From the NCBI GenBank assembly GCA_018650285.1, contig JABIGF010000028.1:68359-132358 (forward strand): a DNA stretch of 64,000 bases. Reading direction: 5' to 3'. This document shows positions 51,655-61,752 of this stretch, one piece after another (position 1 is the first letter of the stretch; every line of letters begins with the position of its first letter). This DNA is from Methanobacteriota archaeon. Its GTDB lineage: Archaea; Thermoplasmatota; Poseidoniia; Poseidoniales; Thalassarchaeaceae. Made by a program: the position numbers and the translations under genes. The notes under the pieces were generated by a model. The model did no database searches, was not told where the DNA came from, and was given only the letters and a program-made list of their open reading frames with translations.

Positions 51655-53016
51655 TCATTCAGGGGCTATCATTGGGACAAATATCCAAATTACGATTGGC
51701 ACGAGATAGGTTGTAAGTAATTGGCTCCAAACTTCATTGCCAGTGAAATCTGCAGAAGATATGGTTAGGAGGTCAACAGAGAGTAAAAAGGGCCATATTA
51801 GAATGATTAGAATGAGCAACATCATTGATGCCCCTTGACGTGGTAAAGTGCTCTCAAGAGCATGAATTTTTTCTGCCCCAAAGGTCATCAGACCGAAACT
51901 TATGGCGATTAGAATTGCTGGTAATTCAATTTCCCCGAATACAAAGTAGATTGATATTAATGCCAAGGAGAATGGAATTAATGCCATAGTTGGTAATAGT
52001 AGCTGCATTTGTAGTGGTCTACCGAGTTGACTATTCCACCAATCACTTGCGCGTGAATCATTTAGGTGGCTTAGATAACCAGGCCTAACGAGTGCCGAAA
52101 TTAGTGCTGGCGAAAGAGCGAGAAGGGCAAGCCATGCAGTATTTGCGGGTGCTGGAATTTGAGCTAGCATCCCGCCAATGACCGCGAGAGTAATCAATCC
52201 CACTAGACTTCTGTTGATTGTTGATATTCGAGTTCTTGATTCTAATTTTGCAGCCCATTGATTAGCAGCATTTTTTACAAATTTTTGCTCAATGGATTTG
52301 AGTGGTATCAATGTCCCATCTTCAACTTCGATAGACTCCCCATCCTCCTCTTCTTTTGTTGAACTTTCATCAATGCTGATAGTGCGCGTAGCTAGTGAAT
52401 GAAGTGATTTATCATGTGTGGCTATGACAAAGGAGTGGCCGACTTTGGCTAGTGTAGATATTTGTTCTTTTAGGGTTGTGATACTCATATCATCAAGCCC
52501 TTCTGATGGCTCATCAAGAAGGATGAGACGAGGTTCATTACTAGATAATGCAGGAGTTAAGCCAGCAATGATTCCAACCTTGCGTTTCATTCCACCTGAA
52601 AGCCAAGCGATTCTGTCTTCTGAGCGGTGCCTAAGGCCCCATTCAGAAAGTAGTTCATTGATCCACGTCGAATTTGCTTCACTGCCGGTAATTGCCGCGG
52701 CAGTTGCAATTCTTTCACGCGTCAATTCATCTTGGCAGAAGCCGCCACTTTGTAGAGTCAATCCGAAAGGTGGAGGTTGATTTCTTCGACCTTCAGAATC
52801 GCGCACAAGTTGGCCAGAATGATTGACAGTTCCATCACTAAGATTGAGGATTCCTGCTGCTGCTTCTATCAACGTAGATTTCCCGGCCCCATTTTCTCCA
52901 ACAAGAATGATAATTTCTCCACTTTCAACAATTAGGTCAATTGATTCAAGCACCGTCGTCTTACCACGACGTACAGTGATTCCTGCTAATTCAAGCAAGG
53001 GCGCATCACCGCTCAT
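51655..53016 (-). CDS. ccmA: ABC ATPase (CcmA-like) fused to a 6-TM permease domain (CcmB-like)
   Basis: Walker A is GENGAGKST, the signature is LSGGMKRKVGIIAGL, and Walker B is LILLDEPSEGLD. An acidic linker follows, then six TM helices at aa 270-466. The ORF is open from a TTG at 53055, but the ATG at 53016 (MSGDAPLLELAGI) fits ABC N-termini better. Confidence 0.75.
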   Translation of the reverse strand: MSGDAPLLELAGITVRRGKTTVLESIDLIVESGEIIILVGENGAGKSTLIEAAAGILNLSDGTVNHSGQLVRDSEGRRNQPPPFGLTLQSGGFCQDELTRERIATAAAITGSEANSTWINELLSEWGLRHRSEDRIAWLSGGMKRKVGIIAGLTPALSSNEPRLILLDEPSEGLDDMSITTLKEQISTLAKVGHSFVIATHDKSLHSLATRTISIDESSTKEEEDGESIEVEDGTLIPLKSIEQKFVKNAANQWAAKLESRTRISTINRSLVGLITLAVIGGMLAQIPAPANTAWLALLALSPALISALVRPGYLSHLNDSRASDWWNSQLGRPLQMQLLLPTMALIPFSLALISIYFVFGEIELPAILIAISFGLMTFGAEKIHALESTLPRQGASMMLLILIILIWPFLLSVDLLTISSADFTGNEVWSQLLTTYLVPIVIWIFVPMIAPE

Positions 53017-53066
53017 GTCTCGCCGAGGTATGTTTTCCGCTTCATATCTCCGCAACCACCCATAGG

Positions 53067-54152
53067 GTGATTTGTGACTTGCCTATCGGCCAACTGAGTC
53101 AGATGGTTGGTTTTGATTGGGTAGGGGTCACCGCCATTGGCTGGGGATTGATACTTGTTTTTCTTATCCTAGCAATCGCTCCCATTGTTTACGCATGGCG
53201 GCAACGAATTCCAATTTCATTATCAATTGTAATTTCTCTTCTAGCATGTTGGTTTTTCCAAACCATTCTCCAATATTTTGACGGCACTCGAGATTTCATG
53301 TCTCTCGCCTTTGCTCTCAATCCTGCTTGGCAGCCATCGCCATCAGAATTTCATCGATTACTAACTGCCGGTTGGTTACATGCAGTTGGACGTGGTGGAA
53401 GTGATATTGTCATTCAACATATTCTTGGAAATATCTTAGTTATTGCTTTGGTCGGCGTTCCTCTTGAACAGAGATTAGGGCGTAAAAGATTCCTTTTGAT
53501 TTACCTCTTGGGTGTAGTCTCTGGTAATCTAGCTTGGTGGTTCTCTCATTGGGGTGAATTTGGGTTTGCACTAGGAGCAAGTGGTGCAGCATTCGGTCTG
53601 CTAGGTTGCTATTTGGCATGCTGGCCACGGGATGAAATTGAGTTCCCATTGATTCTCATTAGAAAGTGGCCTGTTTCATTAATTGCATTATTGAAAGTCG
53701 GTTTAGAGATATTTCAAGTTGGTATGTTGTATAGTGGCTGGACCAGTTCGTCACCCATTGCTCATCTCGCACATATTGGTGGATTTTTCGTCTGTTATGC
53801 CGTTGGTCGACCGATAGCACGTGGCGGCCCAACTCCTCCTGAAATAAACGATGGAGGGCCGTCAGCAGCAGCAGCTGAAAAAGGTGAAGAACTGGTACGA
53901 AAAAAGCGCATGGGCGGGCTCAAATTTGACCCATGGGAGGATGCTGGAAAGCCACTTTCTGGTAACGCAGAAAAAGTGCTTCAACGGCTGCGTGCAGAAG
54001 GTGATGAATTAGAAACTAGAAGAGCGTGGCTTGAAGAGTTAGCAGAGTTCGCTAACTGCCCCGAATGTGGCGCGGCGTTGAAAGTGGAAATTCATGATGA
54101 AGTGACTCAATTATCCTGTTCAGATAGCCGCAAGCATTTGCTATGGCCTTGA
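53067..54152 (+). CDS. Rhomboid-family intramembrane serine protease with a C-terminal soluble Cys-containing tail
   Basis: It has WLHAVG...HILGNIL, the catalytic motif GASGAAFGLLG (GxSG) and HLAHIGGF (catalytic His). The tail contains CPECG. Confidence 0.85.
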   Translation: MICDLPIGQLSQMVGFDWVGVTAIGWGLILVFLILAIAPIVYAWRQRIPISLSIVISLLACWFFQTILQYFDGTRDFMSLAFALNPAWQPSPSEFHRLLTAGWLHAVGRGGSDIVIQHILGNILVIALVGVPLEQRLGRKRFLLIYLLGVVSGNLAWWFSHWGEFGFALGASGAAFGLLGCYLACWPRDEIEFPLILIRKWPVSLIALLKVGLEIFQVGMLYSGWTSSSPIAHLAHIGGFFVCYAVGRPIARGGPTPPEINDGGPSAAAAEKGEELVRKKRMGGLKFDPWEDAGKPLSGNAEKVLQRLRAEGDELETRRAWLEELAEFANCPECGAALKVEIHDEVTQLSCSDSRKHLLWP

Positions 54153-54254
54153 AATGATGATTTTACTCCTATGGAGTAACTAGTTTGCAAGCGAACTAAT
54201 GGCAATCGTGCTTATATCACACTTCGGAGTCTTAGACTCCGTCAGGTGGGACTC

Positions 54255-57200
54255 ATGAGCGGACAGCAGAGTAAATGGGCTTTCGTCCTTGTACTCATAT
54301 TGCTTTTACCCACTGTCATATTGTCACTGACTAGCGACCCAATTGATGGCCAACTTCCTTCTTTGTTGGATGATCCAAAAAGAGAATCTCCCGTATTGTC
54401 AAATGAACCAATTCTCATTGATGGTTTGCCCCCGCTAATCTGTCCTAATGGATTGATTTGTCCCACTCCCGAAAGGATGCCAGATATTCCGACAAATAGT
54501 TGGACACATGAGGACCCACAATGGTGGTTTAGATATGGTCCAGATTTGGATTGGAACGGGATGGATGATCGATTACAATACATCTTGGCCGATGTTTATC
54601 CTTCACAATCGCCAACAGCAATTACCGGTGAGGACGGTAGGCTCACACTTGCTTTAGTAATCGATTTTGCTTGGCATCCAGAATCTTCTGAAATGGCCCA
54701 AGTTGAAGAAATTCTTCTCCGCCACGGATGGGTCGGCCAAGAGGGTGGTGCAATGTTTTTCACCGTAGGGGAGATTGATTCTATTATCGTCGATAAAGTT
54801 CCCCAAAGTGCATTGATGGAATTGTATCACCTTGAGGGGGTTGTAGTGATTGAGCAACAAAATGTGATGGTTCCTTCAATGGCTGTAGCATCTCGTGCAG
54901 TCAAATCCAGGTCGAGTGAAACTTACACTAGCGCTGCCGATATGATGGGTATCAGAGGAGATGGTGTTGTAATTGCAGTGCTTGATTCAGGTGTTGATAA
55001 TGAACATCGTTCATTGAATGATTTCGATGACGTCAATGATGCACCTGATGCAGACGCGGAGTCGTACAGTGACCAGAAGTGGCTGGCAGGTTTTGATTCA
55101 ACAGATAATCTCAACAGTCAGACGACGGATGGTTCGGTTGACCCTGATGATACAGCAGGCCACGGCACTCACGTTGCTGGAATCGCGATAGGTACAGGAG
55201 ATGCTAGTCGCAATCATGTTGGTATCGCTCCAGGTGCTTACCTTGTTGATGTCAAGGTGTTTACAGACATTGGTCGCTCTAATTCACAATATACAATTTC
55301 TGGAATGAATTGGACTATCAACAACAAGAATACCGATTGGGGTAACAATGCTTCTAGCAATGGTATTGATATTATGTCAATGTCTTTTGGACGAGCACGC
55401 TCACCAATAGGTGGACAAGATACAGGCGACAATGGTTCTGATGCAGAGGCACGTTTGGTGAATGATGCTTGGGATGCTGGTATTGTGCCAGTTTGTGCTA
55501 TGGGCAATGATGGTGCAAATTATGTTGCAAGTCCAGCCTCGGCTGACCATTGTATTGCTGTTGCAGCATCAGATGATTTAGACACCGTTGCCCGTGGTGA
55601 TGATGTTGTTGCAAGTTACTCTAATTGGGGGCCACGTCAAGATGACGGCGATTCAGACCAATGGGACGAATTAAAACCAGATATAATTGCTCCAGGGTCA
55701 AACATCAATTCAGCTCAGCATGCAGCAAGTGGGCCGATTGGTGGTAGCACGGTTTTAGCAGATGACCAATACACCTCAATGTCTGGAACAAGTATGTCAA
55801 CGCCTGTTATTTCAGGAATATGCGCACTGATTCTGCAAGCAAATCCTCAGTTTGAGCCTGCTGATGTCAAATCGGCTCTTCAAAATTATAGCGAATTTAT
55901 TGTTGATGAAGAGGAATCAATCAATGGCCAATCATGGAATGCTAGCGAAGGATTTGGTAGAGTTGACGCTATTCAAGTGCTTGAACAGAGCGGTGGTGGT
56001 GGTGGTGGTGGTAGGGTCAATCTAACATTACCAACCAATGGCACTTGGATGAATGTTGGCGACACATATCGTTTGAGAGGCAATGCATCGATTCCTACTG
56101 AGGAATTATTTGATTCAAATAATAGTATCACATCAATAAAAGTTTCAGCGAGGTATACTTACTGGACTTCAAACGGTAACGGATATAGTTTCAATAACAG
56201 AACCGCATTTTCTTGGATTAATGCTACAGGGATTGAAGATTGGACATTTGACTTAGGTCCAGAATTGTGGCATGATGGGGCTGGCTTGTATGTGGAAGTA
56301 CGCGCCTTAGATAATCTTGGGAGATGGTCACAGCCGGCATGGGCAGAGTACTACATCGGTCAATCTTCACTAACACTTGTTGAGCCAAGTGGACATGGTT
56401 CGGTGTCAGGTGATGTTGAATTAAAGGGTGAATACAAAGCAGTTTACGGCGACCGAATTGAATACAAAATTGGTCAAGATGGTGATTGGCAGGTAGCTAC
56501 GAGCAATATTGTCTATCCTTATGTTTGTGTAGAATCAGAAAAGGATGATTGCAGTGCGCGTGATTGGTCTGCGACATGGGATTCAACAACCGTTCAAGAT
56601 GGTGGTTGGGTGATGTATACTCGCTTAGTATCAGACAATGGTTGGGCGAGTGATCCAATTGAACGCTATGTCAATGTAGACAATATTCCTGCTGCATCCG
56701 ACCTTGAAGCGATTGGTAGTATTGTAGTATCCGATAATGGAATCCCTGTAGATTCAGCCTATATTGACTCCTTCCTAAATATTGGTGTTACTGTGAGAAA
56801 TAGTGGAGATGCACATGCTCGTAATTTTGATGTGACTCTGTATGAAGATGGTTCACAAATTGCAACACAATCAATCAATAAATTAGATTCAACAAAATCT
56901 ATTGAATTAGTATTAGGATACCATCCCACGACATCTGGTAACCACGAGTTGAAAGTTCTCATTGACCCTAGTAATAAAGAAGAAGAATCACGCGAAGATA
57001 ATAACGAGTATCTTCTTTCATACCCAATAAATGAACGACCAAATGGTGTTGATTTAGCACTTAGAAAAGGTGCTGCAAAGACTAACCCTCCAGTCCCTAA
57101 TCCAAATGGAGACATTACGCTCAATATACGGGTTGAAAATCTTGGTGGAGATTCGGCTTCGGGTGCTACATTCAAACTTGAAATGTGGAGCGAATTAGGT

Positions 57201-59126
57201 TGGGAATCACTTGAAAGTGGTAGAAGTTTGAATACAGTACCACAAGCAAGTTATGTGGATGTGCCATTTACTATTCATGAAGGAATGCTTGATGTAGGTT
57301 CTGTGAAATTTAGAGCAACAGCCACCTATGATGGGGGGATTGATATTGATGCTGACAATAATCAACTTGAATTCACAATACTTGTTGATGAATCTCAATT
57401 GCAAGGGGCGCGTAGCCTTGATCTTCCAGATGGACATGATGTGCTTGGGTTCTTTGGGGTAAGTGGGGAAAACCTCCTCTTTACTGGTGAGGGCTCTTCA
57501 GTTTGGGTTCATCGGATTAATTCTCAATACGACCTTATTACTTGTCTTGAGTTAGAGGATGATTGGGCTGGCGAATTTGAACTAGACCAAGGTGAATCTG
57601 ATAGTACTTATGTTACTTGGACCCGCCGTTTTACTGACCGTTTTGGAGTTACACAATCTACTCTTTCCTTTGCAGCAATTGACCTTTCTTGTACGAGTTC
57701 TGAACCCTTTGATTTAATGACACCTTTGATGCTTGCAGAAGGCACGTATTGGGGAATAGATATCTCAATGAATGAGGGAGAAGCTCTCATTGGTGGTTAT
57801 CACCGTGACCTCTTTACTGATGGAAGTTATGATGATGAAACATCAATATTCATATTGGCGGCTGAATCTCCTCTTGATAGCGATTCTTGGAATTTGACTG
57901 AAGATGTAATCCCTATTTTGGAACCTCCAATTGGTCAAGTTGGTAGTGTGAATGTTGCACAAGGGGATGATTGGACTCATATTACATTTCAGGCGACTAG
58001 AGATGATGAAACAGCAATTGAGCGCGTCGGCACATTCTATGCGCATGGAAGGCTAGGTCAAGAAAACTGGTCATTCCATATTGCAGTTGGCGACGAGACA
58101 ACAATTAGTGAATTAGCCATCTTAACCAATGATGATGGTAAAGATGTTGTAGTAATGGCTTGGAGTGAAGGCTATGGCCACGATTCACAACTTGTTGTGA
58201 CTAGAGCAGATAGCAGCATGCAGGACCAAGTCGTTGAATCTGTAAATGCTCCTGGATTGTCAGGGCTAGAATTTGTTCTTACCGCTAGAGGTATTCAGTT
58301 ATTCCATGATTCGGTTGGGCCATCAGGAAGGCAAATCATCTACTCTCTTATTGATGATAATAATACGATGGTTGGGACACCTATAGGTGAAGGTGATTTG
58401 ATGATGGTTGGGCGTTCTGATAGTTCAGGTGAAACCCATATTTTCTATCTTTCACCTACTCAAGATTGGCGAGCAAGGATGTTAATTGATGATAGTGCTT
58501 TGAATGGAGCTAATAATGGCATTCTTGATACAATTAGATTGTGGACTGGATTGGATGAAAGAACATTTGATTTGGCTTGGAAGATCGCTCTTCTTGTTTG
58601 CGGAGTAGGTTGTCTATTGATGTTTTTAGCCTCAGCAGGAATCATCACTCATCGCCGTAGGTCGGGTCCAAAATTAACTGTTGAAGTTGAAGATGAATAT
58701 GATGATGAAATCATTGATGTTGATGACGATTTTGTATCTCTAATTGATGAGCCATCTATTCCCGCAGTTGAGGATTCTAAGCCGGTGGTTGAAATTGATG
58801 ACGACCCTCTCTCAACTGAAATTCTTAGTGATGAAACTGAAGCAGAAGATGATGTTGATGATGGGTCTGGTAGTTCTAAACGCCGTCAGCGCCGTCAAGC
58901 ACGAAGGGAAGAGGTTGAACCAACATCAGTTGACCTACCTCCTCCTCCATCTCCTGCAGAAATAATTGAAGAATTACCTCCCCCTCCTTCGCCGATGGAA
59001 TTAGGAACCCTTCCCCCACCGCCAGGTCGTGATATCGTCTGTGAGTGTGGTGCAAGCTTCAAAATCAAGACAATTGAATTGAAGTATGTAGAATGTCCTG
59101 TGTGTTCAGAGAGAATTAATTTGTGA
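54255..59126 (+). CDS. Giant membrane-anchored subtilisin-like (S8) serine protease with CARDB-like domains and a cytoplasmic Pro-rich / zinc-ribbon tail
   Basis: The protease has a signal sequence. The catalytic triad motifs are VLDSGVDNEH, GHGTHVAGIA and MSGTSMSTPVISG, within about 54940-55990. Two CARDB-like Ig domains contain VTVRNSGDAHARNFDVTLYEDG and NIRVENLGGDSASGATF. A TM helix lies at about 58570-58650. The tail contains acidic and PPPPSP repeats and C-x-C...C-x-x-C. The ORF is open from a GTG at 54246. Confidence 0.9.
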   Translation: MSGQQSKWAFVLVLILLLPTVILSLTSDPIDGQLPSLLDDPKRESPVLSNEPILIDGLPPLICPNGLICPTPERMPDIPTNSWTHEDPQWWFRYGPDLDWNGMDDRLQYILADVYPSQSPTAITGEDGRLTLALVIDFAWHPESSEMAQVEEILLRHGWVGQEGGAMFFTVGEIDSIIVDKVPQSALMELYHLEGVVVIEQQNVMVPSMAVASRAVKSRSSETYTSAADMMGIRGDGVVIAVLDSGVDNEHRSLNDFDDVNDAPDADAESYSDQKWLAGFDSTDNLNSQTTDGSVDPDDTAGHGTHVAGIAIGTGDASRNHVGIAPGAYLVDVKVFTDIGRSNSQYTISGMNWTINNKNTDWGNNASSNGIDIMSMSFGRARSPIGGQDTGDNGSDAEARLVNDAWDAGIVPVCAMGNDGANYVASPASADHCIAVAASDDLDTVARGDDVVASYSNWGPRQDDGDSDQWDELKPDIIAPGSNINSAQHAASGPIGGSTVLADDQYTSMSGTSMSTPVISGICALILQANPQFEPADVKSALQNYSEFIVDEEESINGQSWNASEGFGRVDAIQVLEQSGGGGGGGRVNLTLPTNGTWMNVGDTYRLRGNASIPTEELFDSNNSITSIKVSARYTYWTSNGNGYSFNNRTAFSWINATGIEDWTFDLGPELWHDGAGLYVEVRALDNLGRWSQPAWAEYYIGQSSLTLVEPSGHGSVSGDVELKGEYKAVYGDRIEYKIGQDGDWQVATSNIVYPYVCVESEKDDCSARDWSATWDSTTVQDGGWVMYTRLVSDNGWASDPIERYVNVDNIPAASDLEAIGSIVVSDNGIPVDSAYIDSFLNIGVTVRNSGDAHARNFDVTLYEDGSQIATQSINKLDSTKSIELVLGYHPTTSGNHELKVLIDPSNKEEESREDNNEYLLSYPINERPNGVDLALRKGAAKTNPPVPNPNGDITLNIRVENLGGDSASGATFKLEMWSELGWESLESGRSLNTVPQASYVDVPFTIHEGMLDVGSVKFRATATYDGGIDIDADNNQLEFTILVDESQLQGARSLDLPDGHDVLGFFGVSGENLLFTGEGSSVWVHRINSQYDLITCLELEDDWAGEFELDQGESDSTYVTWTRRFTDRFGVTQSTLSFAAIDLSCTSSEPFDLMTPLMLAEGTYWGIDISMNEGEALIGGYHRDLFTDGSYDDETSIFILAAESPLDSDSWNLTEDVIPILEPPIGQVGSVNVAQGDDWTHITFQATRDDETAIERVGTFYAHGRLGQENWSFHIAVGDETTISELAILTNDDGKDVVVMAWSEGYGHDSQLVVTRADSSMQDQVVESVNAPGLSGLEFVLTARGIQLFHDSVGPSGRQIIYSLIDDNNTMVGTPIGEGDLMMVGRSDSSGETHIFYLSPTQDWRARMLIDDSALNGANNGILDTIRLWTGLDERTFDLAWKIALLVCGVGCLLMFLASAGIITHRRRSGPKLTVEVEDEYDDEIIDVDDDFVSLIDEPSIPAVEDSKPVVEIDDDPLSTEILSDETEAEDDVDDGSGSSKRRQRRQARREEVEPTSVDLPPPPSPAEIIEELPPPPSPMELGTLPPPPGRDIVCECGASFKIKTIELKYVECPVCSERINL
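55992..56012 (+). repeat. (GGT)7 trinucleotide microsatellite encoding a Gly7 linker in the S8 protease
   Basis: Seven perfect GGT copies were read directly. The repeat is in frame, between the protease domain and the downstream beta-rich domains. Confidence 0.9.
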
Positions 59127-59136
59127 GATGATTTCT

Positions 59137-60960
59137 ATGTGTGGTATTTTTGGATATATTGGAGATAAGCAGGCTACGAATTTGTTGCTAGATGGCTTAC
59201 GCCGCCTTGAATATCGCGGTTATGATTCTGCGGGAATAGCCATATTAAATTCCAATATCTCTTCATCAAAATGTATCGGGAGAGTTGCAAATCTAGAGTC
59301 AATAGTGACATCTGAGTTGAATGGTACATGCGGGATTGCACACACACGTTGGGCAACTCATGGTGGCGTCACCGATGCAAATGCTCACCCGCATCTTTCA
59401 GAAGATGGCACGGTGGCAATTATTCATAATGGTATTATTGAGAATTCACGCGCTTTGAGAAATTGGTTAACCTCCGAAGGGGTCCTTCTTCGTTCTGATA
59501 CTGATTCAGAGGTTCTCGCTCATTTAATTCATCGTGCACGCAAGGATGGGCTTTCACCATTAGATTCAGTGCGCCGTGCTTTGAGGCATACTAGAGGCAC
59601 TTGGGGACTATGTGCAATTTTTGAGGATGAAGAAGTAATCGTTTGCGCTCGTAATGGTTCACCATTAGTGGTGGGAGTTGGTGATGGAGAATCTTTTGTT
59701 GCTAGTGACCCTCATGCTTTGACTCCTCATACTCAGAGAGTCATATTCTTGGAAGATGGCGATTTAGCAGTGTTAACTGCTGGTGGGATCAAAACATCAA
59801 GATTGGATGGTGGCGTATCAGATGCAATTGTTACTACAATTGATGAGAGTTGGGGCGAGGCTGATTTGGGCGATTTTCCACATTTCATGTTGAAGGAAAT
59901 TTACGAACAGCCAGAAGCATTGAGGCAATGCATTTCTGGTAGAATTTTATTAGGGTCTGGTAATGGTAAATTAGGTGGTCTTGACTTAGCAACTAAGTCA
60001 CTAAGAGATATTCCCCACATACGATTAATCGGATGTGGTACTGCTCTACACGCTTGCCAAGTTGGGAGGTTAGCGATTGAGGAGTTAGCACGTGTACCAA
60101 CTCAATCGCATGTTGCAAGTGAATTTCGTTACAATAATCCAGTGATAGATCCAAACTCTCTTTATTTTGCTGTCAGTCAATCTGGAGAAACTGCTGATAC
60201 CCTTTCAGCAGTAAAGGAAATTCAACTCAAAGGTGGGCAAGTAATGGGAATCATCAATGTTGTCGGCTCATCAATTGCCCGTCAATGTGCTCGGGGCGTC
60301 TATATTCACTCTGGACCTGAACAGGCTGTTGCGTCCACAAAAGCATTCTCTAACATGATTGCTGCGTTGACTATTTTTAGTGTTCAAATTGGTAGAGCAA
60401 GGTCACTATCTAAATCCGATGGCGTATCTGTTCTAAAAGCACTAAATGATGTGCCAGACCAAATTGAGAGATATCTTTCAGATGTTGGCCCAATAATGGA
60501 TGCTGTTGAGGCAGTTAAGGATGCAAAACATGTCCTCTTCTTGGGTCGAGGTGCATCTGCACCAGTTGCTCGTGAAGGGGCGTTGAAGTTAATGGAAGTG
60601 GCATATATCCCTTGTTTGGCTTATCCAGCTGGAGAGATGAAACACGGGCCAATTGCATTACTAGAAGAGGGAAGTCCGGTAGTGGTAATTTGTCCAAATG
60701 ATAAGTTCAGGTCAAAGACTCTCTCAAATATTCAAGAGTGTAAGGCCAGGGGTGCGAAAATCATTCTCATCCACGATGAAGGGGATGATGAAGCAGCAGC
60801 GGAAGCAGATGTAGCAATCGCCGTACCATCATCTCATTCAATAGTGTCGCCATTGCTTACAGTAGTCCCTCTGCAATTGATAGCATATCATGCTGCAGTT
60901 GTACTTGAGAAAGATGTTGATAAGCCAAGAAACTTGGCTAAATCTGTAACAGTCGAATGA
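59137..60960 (+). CDS. glmS: Glutamine--fructose-6-phosphate aminotransferase (isomerising)
   Basis: MCGIFGYIG provides the catalytic N-terminal Cys, which sets the start at 59137. Two SIS domains follow (SQSGETADT), and the C-terminus is KPRNLAKSVTVE. Confidence 0.95.
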   Translation: MCGIFGYIGDKQATNLLLDGLRRLEYRGYDSAGIAILNSNISSSKCIGRVANLESIVTSELNGTCGIAHTRWATHGGVTDANAHPHLSEDGTVAIIHNGIIENSRALRNWLTSEGVLLRSDTDSEVLAHLIHRARKDGLSPLDSVRRALRHTRGTWGLCAIFEDEEVIVCARNGSPLVVGVGDGESFVASDPHALTPHTQRVIFLEDGDLAVLTAGGIKTSRLDGGVSDAIVTTIDESWGEADLGDFPHFMLKEIYEQPEALRQCISGRILLGSGNGKLGGLDLATKSLRDIPHIRLIGCGTALHACQVGRLAIEELARVPTQSHVASEFRYNNPVIDPNSLYFAVSQSGETADTLSAVKEIQLKGGQVMGIINVVGSSIARQCARGVYIHSGPEQAVASTKAFSNMIAALTIFSVQIGRARSLSKSDGVSVLKALNDVPDQIERYLSDVGPIMDAVEAVKDAKHVLFLGRGASAPVAREGALKLMEVAYIPCLAYPAGEMKHGPIALLEEGSPVVVICPNDKFRSKTLSNIQECKARGAKIILIHDEGDDEAAAEADVAIAVPSSHSIVSPLLTVVPLQLIAYHAAVVLEKDVDKPRNLAKSVTVE

Positions 60961-60969
60961 CTGTTAGTT

Positions 60970-61692
60970 TCAGTTTACTGTGAACTTGCTTGTACTTTTG
61001 TCCCAACGGTATGGTTGGTATCCAAGCATGTGGTCTGTATGTCTCATCTTGACAACACCGATTTTTCTTGTTACAGCGTCACCAGCCCTATCCATGGTCA
61101 AGTGAATAACTCCATCTGAAAGGTAATCTTCAATACCAAATTCACCGTATTGGTTCTTTGATTCACCCATCATCTCACAGATAATAATTCCAGTTAATCC
61201 CATTCGGCGAATTGCTTCAAAGAAGCGAAATACTTCATCACGTGGATTTTCCATTTTTGTTAGTGTAAAGAAAGCTCCCAGAGAGTCAAAAACAACGACT
61301 TCAAAACCAATACTATCTCGGTAGTTTGCTAATTGCTTGATTAGTTGCCCCATCCAATCAACACTATCAGTCAAACCTTGTGAATCAAGTTGAACACGTA
61401 GATCTGCTAAATCAATAATTGCAATTCTACTTCGAACTCGTGCATCTTGAACATCCATCCCCATGCCCGCCATGTGGCTTGCTAGGCTGTCTTTTCCTTG
61501 TTCAAGTGTGACATAAATTCCAGAAGTCTTTCCTTCCATGACTGCATTGTACAGCATTGAAAATCCAAGGCTAGATTTCATTGAACCTGATACGCCTGCG
61601 AGTAAAACAATATGGCCCTTTGGAATGCCACCTTGCATCTTTTCATCAAGCCCTGACACATATGTTGGAATACGTTCTATTGCTCCGTCCAC
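60970..61692 (-). CDS. KaiC/RadA-like single-domain RecA-superfamily ATPase
   Basis: It has ERIPTYVSGLDEKMQGGIPKG, Walker A LLAGVSGSMKSS and Walker B VVVFDSL. The GTG at 61692 follows GGGAGGGGTGGGG and removes the overlap with maf. The track ORF extends to a GTG at 61776. Confidence 0.75.
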   Translation of the reverse strand: MDGAIERIPTYVSGLDEKMQGGIPKGHIVLLAGVSGSMKSSLGFSMLYNAVMEGKTSGIYVTLEQGKDSLASHMAGMGMDVQDARVRSRIAIIDLADLRVQLDSQGLTDSVDWMGQLIKQLANYRDSIGFEVVVFDSLGAFFTLTKMENPRDEVFRFFEAIRRMGLTGIIICEMMGESKNQYGEFGIEDYLSDGVIHLTMDRAGDAVTRKIGVVKMRHTDHMLGYQPYRWDKSTSKFTVN

Positions 61693-61752
61693 TATTATCC
61701 CCACCCCTCCCACAAAGGTCCCGATGATAAACGCGCTCCTTCTCCCGTGTAT

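Noticed and set aside
51005-51709. A 234-aa plus-strand ORF antisense to ccmC
   Set aside because: The minus-strand frame carries unmistakable CcmC motifs. The antisense product is a low-complexity Ser/Pro/Arg sequence with no motif, so it is a typical shadow ORF.
54153-54245. A C-box-like AATGATGA right after the rhomboid stop, considered as a C/D-box sRNA because Nop5 and fibrillarin are encoded in the window
   Set aside because: No CUGA D box or C'/D' pair lies at a compatible distance downstream. ATGATGA motifs near 32800 occur in the wrong order relative to CTGA. I could not support any C/D sRNA.
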